A stretch of 64,000 nt of DNA, from the NCBI RefSeq assembly GCF_009914755.1, contig NC_060929.1, one strand, 5' to 3'. The DNA is from the human T2T-CHM13v2.0 reference genome, Homo sapiens. The notes beneath the pieces were generated by a model. The model searched no databases. It saw only the letters and a list, made by a program, of their open reading frames with translations, and had not been told where the DNA came from. The position numbers and the translations under genes were made by a program. Positions 57,606-64,000 of this stretch are shown one piece after another (position 1 is the first letter of the stretch; every line of letters starts with the position of its first letter).

Positions 57606-59379
57606 GTTGTTTATATAGCAATTTCCCCTGCTAGGCTGGGAACAAATGTGGCCTCCATTTTTGTAGGCCAAGCTCAATGCACAGAAACTGAGATGCAATG
57701 AGATCTCAAATATTTGCCAGGTAAATATTTAAGTAAATTCACTGTTTATAAGACGAAAAGACAATGTAGCACTTAGGAATATACATCAGTAATAGAGTGG
57801 AATAATGCCAATAATAGAGCAGAATAATTTCAAATACTTTTCGACAGAAGTGATCATTTGTAGTTCTACTTCCCCTCATTCATAACTAAAATAATATATG
57901 AAAATTATGTAAGTTAACATTCTGGGTAGCAAGATTAGCTGTCTTGAGCTAAATTATATAGAGACATTTGATGTCCTTAGGCTACTAGAATAACACAATT
58001 TGCTCATTGGCATAAGGATAAATTATTTGAGGCAGTTTCTTTAGAAGTCATGAACTCTAAGTCTTTCTGCTTCATTTGGTCTGATTGGCTGTGATTCATA
58101 AATATTCCCTTCCCCATAACCTTGAGATGACATTCATTTGAAAAAGAGTTAAATGGTATTAGGGGTGAAGTCCATGGCCTTGATATTAAAGAAAGGTAGC
58201 TGGGCCATAAAAGAATAAATTGTATTACACTTACGGAGCCCAGTTAATCTTATGACTGATCATGATAGTTATGAAAATCAGAATGCCAGAAATCTAAGTC
58301 GAGGCCATAGGGAGTTTAACAAAAATACATAGTCGACAATTTGACCATTTTGTTATATTTTATTTTTTAAAAATTGGAATAAATGTAGATACTAAGATTT
58401 ACATAATCAGAGTAACACCTTTATAGGATCACTATGAAACATCGATTTACTAAAGTTTTCAAAGTTAAAGTGAAACAATTATATAAACATTAGTATAGAT
58501 AAAAATCTATAGATAATAATTCTACATTGAAAGGGATAATTTAATGGTTACACGCAATTCAATTTCGTCCTTACTTTACTATTCTGGTTTTTGTCTCTAG
58601 AATTGACTTGACTTTTCGTTACTGTGCAAGTGAATGGGGTTCTCATTGGAATTTATGTCCAGGATGCTCCATAATTCCCAGAGGTAATAATGAAAAAAAT
58701 AAATCACTTTACTTCACAATGTGCCTATGAAGCTTTTGTATTGATGCTTAAATCAAATCAAAGTAAGGTCACAGAGATACCTGACTCTCCTAGCATTAAA
58801 ATAAAAAGTGCAAGCTATATTGAAAGAGACTGCAAATATTTAATAACATTAAGGCTTCGTGAAATAGATCTAGCATTTAATGGGAACTCCCAATCGTTTT
58901 CTCAGCCCATAAGTCTGTATTGTAATAATTTCAATTGTTTGCTCTGGGTAGTCAGCTGGTTTCACATTAATGTCGACTTACTATTGTGATTTACTTTCTT
59001 TAGGTCCCAACTGAGCTCCTGAAATTTGTGTGATTTGCCTATCATTGATTACAAAGAAAGTTTCTGTTTGCTTCAAACATGATATTTCTATGAATAAATA
59101 AAATAGCTCATATGAAGGGAAAATAGAATTACTTTAAATCTATTCTAGCCTCTTTCATAAACACACTTTTTGGATACTAATATGTGAATATACAAGAATT
59201 CTCAGTTCTATTTGGCAAGAAATTTTTGGCAATATCACGCCTACAACTTACTCAGCATATTCTTGGTGATGTTGTAAACAAACAAGTTAAAGCTAAACTC
59301 TTGCCAAAAGAATTTAAAGTTGAGCACATTAAGCAGTCTAAGAATTGAAATAGCTTACATAAACTTGTAAAAGAAAACA

Positions 59380-61737
59380 CAGGCACAGCTCATTTTATTG
59401 CGCTTTTGGATTTTAAGGTATCTTTTTTTTTTTTTTTTTTTTTTTTTTTCCACAAATTGATGGTTTGTGGCAGCCCTGCATTGAGCAAGTCTATCAGTAC
59501 CATTTTTCCAACGGCATGTGCTTACTTCATGTTCATCTGTCACATTTGGTAATTCTCATAATGTTTCAAACATTTTCACTATGATATTATCTATTATTGT
59601 GATCTATGATCAATGACCTTTGAGGTTACTATTGTGATTGGTTTGGGGGTTGTATGAACAGTGACCACATAAGATGATGAACTTAATTAATAAATGTCTG
59701 TTCTCTGTCTGCTCTTCTCCCTGTTCTAACCACAAGCCATTCCCTGTCCTTCTTCCTCTCCTCGGTGCTCCGTATTCCCTGAGACACAGCAATACTGAAA
59801 TTGAGCCAATTAACAACCCTTAAATGGCCTTTACATGTTCAAGTGAAAAGTCCCACAACTCTCACTTAAATCAAAAGCTAAAAATGGTGAAGCATAGTGA
59901 AGAAGGCTTGCCGAAAGCTGAGACAGTCTGCTAGGACCCTCGCAATAACAGTGAGCAAAGTTGTGAATGCAAAAGAAAAGTTATTGAAAAAATTTAAAAT
60001 GCTACTCTAGTGAACACATGAGTAATAAGAATGCAAAACAGCCTTATTGCTAATACGGAAAAAATTTCAGTGAGTTAGATTGAAGATCAAACCAGCTACA
60101 ACATTCTCTTAAGCCAAAGTTTAATCCAGAGCAAGGCCCAAACTCTAACTCTCTTCAATTCTATGAAGGTTGAGAGAAGTGAGAAGCTATAGAAAAAAGA
60201 CAGATAAATAAAAATTTTTAAAAAATGAAGCTAGCACAGGTTGGTTCATGAGGTTTGAGAAGAGAAGCCCTCTTCATAACATGAAAGTGCAAGATAAGGC
60301 AGTAAGTGCTTATATAGAAGCTGCAGTATGTTATCCAAAAAATTTAGCTATACTAGATGACAGATTTTCAATGTAGATGAACTAGCCTGCTGGTGGAAGA
60401 AGATGCCTTTTAGGATTTTAATAGAAAGGAAAAGTCAAAGCCTGGATTCAGAGCTTCAAAGGACAGGGTGACTCTCTTGTTGGAGGTTAATGCAGCTGGT
60501 GACTAAATTGAAGCCAGTGATCATTTACTATTCTGAAAATCCTAGGGCCTTTAAGAACTATTTTAATTCTACTCTGTGCTCTATAAATGGAACAACAAAG
60601 CCGAGATGACAGCTCATCTGTTTACAGCCTGATTTACTAAATATTTTAAGCCCATTGTTGAGAACTGTTGCTCAGAAAACAAGATATTTTTCCAAAATAT
60701 TACTGCTGATACACAAGGACATTAATGCTGTTTCTATGCTTGCTAAGTCAGCATTTATTCTGCAGCCCATAGTTCAAGAGTAATCTTCACTTTCAAGTAG
60801 TATTATTTAAGAAATACATTTTGTAAAGCAATAGTTGCCATAGACAGTGATTATTCTAATGGATCTGGGCAAAATCAATTGAAAACCTTTTGGAAAAGAT
60901 TCACCATTCTAAATGCCATCAAGAATATTCATGATCCATGAAAAGAGGTCAAAATATCAACATCAACAGGAGTTTAGAAGAAATTAATTCCAACTCTTCT
61001 GTATGACTTTGAGGGGTTCAAGACTTCCGTGGAGGAAGTAACTGCAGATGTGGTAGAAACTGCAAGAAAACTGTAATTAGAAGTGAAGCTGAATGTGGGG
61101 CTAGATTGCTGAAATCTGCTGATAAAACTTGAACAGATAAAGAGTTGCTTTTTATGGATTAGCAAATAAAATGGTTTCTTGTGAAGGAATCTACTTCTGG
61201 TAAAGATGCTATGAACATTGGTGAAATCACAATACAGGAGTTAGAATAGTTCATAAACTTAGTGGACAAAGCAATAGTCAAGTTTGAGAAGATTGATTTC
61301 AATTTGGAAAAAATTCGAATTTAGATCAAATTTCATCAAATAGCATCATATGCTACAGAGGAATCTTTCATGAAAGGAAGAGTTGATCAATGTGGCCAAC
61401 TTTATTGTTTTCTTATTTTAACAAATTGCCACAGCCAGCTTTCAGCAATCACCACTTTGATCAGTCAGCATCCATCAACAATGAGTCAAGAACCTCTACC
61501 AACAAAAAGATCACAACTCATTGAAGGTTTAGATGCTCATTAGCATTTATATTACATATATATTGTATGTACATTTTTAGACATAATACTATTGCATACA
61601 TAATAAATTACAGTATAATATAAACATAATTTTATCTGTGGGAAACAAAAAGGATTTTTTTGTGCTCACCTTATTGGGATATTTGTTTTATTTCAGTGGT
61701 CTGGATCTGATCTCTCAATATTTCTGAAATATGCCTA
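59380..61737 (+). mobile_element. Near full-length Tigger1 DNA transposon (pogo-type transposase, disrupted)
   Basis: Left end caggcacagctcattttattgcgc; transposase motifs (cagattttcaatgtagatgaa = QIFNVDE; tggaagaagatgcc); right end aatatttctgaaatatgccta. Confidence 0.95.
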
Positions 61738-62769
61738 TGAATCCAATAAATAAACAAACTAAAAAAGACTCCTGGATATAAAGGAAACAATAGGCTGCCC
61801 TACCAAAAAAGACACATTTTGGGACAAAGTCAAGGAGATGATGCACTTATCTTTATAGACTCATTGATAATAAGAAAATATAATGAATTACAGAAGTAGA
61901 AACATTTTACCTAAATTAAGGACCCCTCCTTCTTGACTTTTCTTTCAGAGAAGAGGAATGGTTAAGTGGAAATCAACTACTGGAAAACCATCTATCAATT
62001 AATCAATCAATCATGCTGTCATTTCTTATAAGTGCCCTAAAAATTAAATGGTGGATCAGCACTCAGGCATGAATTGGTTATGTTTTCAATTACTGAAGAA
62101 GCACCAAATGAACAAAAGAAAATTTCTGAATTATAATCATCCTCTGACAATGTAACTAAGGGAACTCAATATTCATTTGTGCCTCACCTTTCTCCTTCCT
62201 GAAGGAGAGGATTAACTATTTGATTTAAAAAGTATGTCCCAAACATAACACTAAAATTTATGGAAATAATTGTTTTTCTCTTTAGATTCCCAACACAGTG
62301 GCAATAAACAAAGCAAATATTAGTGCAAGATTATAGATAAAAACAACAACAACACCAACAATGAAATGCTTACACATGGGGCTCAGATCACAGGAACAAT
62401 TAGTGAGAAGAATGCAGGACAATTCAAATCTTCCAATTTCTAGTTAGATTACTTTATACCACACTAACATTTAAGAAACACCATTTATTTGCCAACTGCA
62501 TTGAGAGAACACTGCTTATGAAATTACAAAAGCACCCATAACCTAGGTTAGTTTATGTTCTTAATCAAAAATATAAATTTTGAAAACTAGTCACACATTT
62601 AATTTGATATTTCAAATAAGTGATCACTTAGAAGTAAAGAAACTCATTTTCTTATATGGCTCATAAACTACTCTAGTTTTCTTTTTAATTAAGCCAAGAG
62701 ATGATTCCAAAAATTATTTCAAGTGAAAGAAGCATTACTGGGGGATAGTTTCATAATGTGAACAATATA

Positions 62770-63010
62770 AAGACCCACATTCACTCTAAGCATGCAAAAT
62801 TGGATAGAAACCTAGATTTCTGAGCCAAAGTGCCTAATATAGAACCTTAGTTCAACACATCCCACAATGTGCAACTCACTTTGGACAAGTTAGTTGTCTT
62901 CTCTGTATCTCAGGTTCTTTAGCAGGAAAGGGAGGAAGGTAATGGTGTTACCTTAGGTAGGTAAGGACTGGCTCATTGTTAAAATTCATTAATGGTACAT
63001 AGTATTAATA
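62770..63010 (+). mobile_element. MIR
   Basis: ctttggacaagttagttgtcttctctgtatctcagg is the MIR core motif. Confidence 0.6.
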
Positions 63011-63079
63011 TTTAAATTCTATAACACTTTCCAGCATAAAATATTTTTATTTTATTCTCTATATATTATAATTTAGTTC

Positions 63080-63431
63080 TATATTAGTAAGCTTGGTATG
63101 CCATAACAAAATACAGAACAACATAAATTTATTTCTCATGTTTCTGGAGGCTGGGAAGTTCAACATCAAGTTGACAGTATGTTCTGTTTCTGCTGAGGGC
63201 TCTCTTCCTTGCTTATAGGTGATTTCCTTCTCGCTGTGTCCTCACTGGTCACAGAGAGAGAAAGCACTCTGTTTTTTCCTTCTCCTCTTGTAAGGACTTT
63301 GATCTCATAGAATTAGTTTTCCATCCTTATGACTTCATTTAACTTTAATAACCTCTTAAAGGCCATATTTCAAATATAGTCACACTAGAGCTTAGGACTT
63401 CAACATATGAATTTTAGGGGACACAATAGCA
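63080..63431 (-). mobile_element. MLT1A-like LTR
   Basis: gccataacaaaatac...tctggaggctgggaagttcaacatcaag...ttcaacatatgaattttagggg; TSD agttc at 63075-63079 and 63432-63436. Confidence 0.9.
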
Positions 63432-64000
63432 AGTTCCTACTAATTTTTCTATTGCAGATATTAGTTTTTACTCTGATTACAATATTTATTTTTGAACTAT
63501 GTCAAAACTAATATTCCATTAAAATTCACTTTTATGCAATCCCTGAACTCACATTTCCATGGAAAGTATCAATATTGTCTTATAAATGTTTCCTTTCTTC
63601 CAAGTTGAAAGTGAGCTAACAGTAATATATATGTTTTTGAAAAATATACTTTAAGTACATTGCAATATCTTATTAATCAGCTTTTGGAACGGTTGTTACT
63701 AACTGTGAATTCTTAACTAAATATTTGTGAATTGCCAGTAATTCACTTTGTTATGATTTAGAGTGGTTCTTAATAAGCTTATTTTACCTGCCAACCTTAC
63801 ATATATACAGAAGATAAATTTTGACAAAGGCTGATGCAAGTTTTTTTTGATCCTCCAAAAGCACTCCCTCCACAAGCGTTGGCAATTCCAACACATCTAA
63901 TTTGAATATTTTCTATGCAAGTCTTCATACAGTGATTGCTTCAGCCACTTTTTAATCATCCCACTCTCTTCTACTATTTCATAGAGTACAGCCTTGACAT

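Overview
AT-rich, CpG-depleted primate (human/great-ape-like) genomic DNA made almost entirely of interspersed repeats: Alu, L1 of several ages, L2/MIR, MaLR and ERVL LTRs (THE1, MST, MLT1, MLT2), Tigger1 and MER44. I see no intact protein-coding gene, RNA gene or CpG island, and no new multi-gene system. The supplied ORFs are L1 ORF1/ORF2 fragments, Alu/LTR read-throughs or chance frames. The interesting signal is structural. (1) A perfect 140-bp inverted duplication (47291-47430 vs 47902-48041) copied from an old MST LTR into a neighbouring L1 tail. (2) Shared variants suggesting ectopic gene conversion between a solo THE1 LTR and the 5' LTR of a THE1 provirus 8 kb away. (3) A decayed GC-rich probable processed pseudogene (minus strand, parent not recognised), split by MLT2 and a nested THE1. 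(4) Two 5'-inverted (twin-primed) L1 insertions. (5) A multi-layer L1 nest. Repeat subfamily names come from recalled consensus sequences and need RepeatMasker/Dfam confirmation. Boundaries of ancient repeats are approximate.
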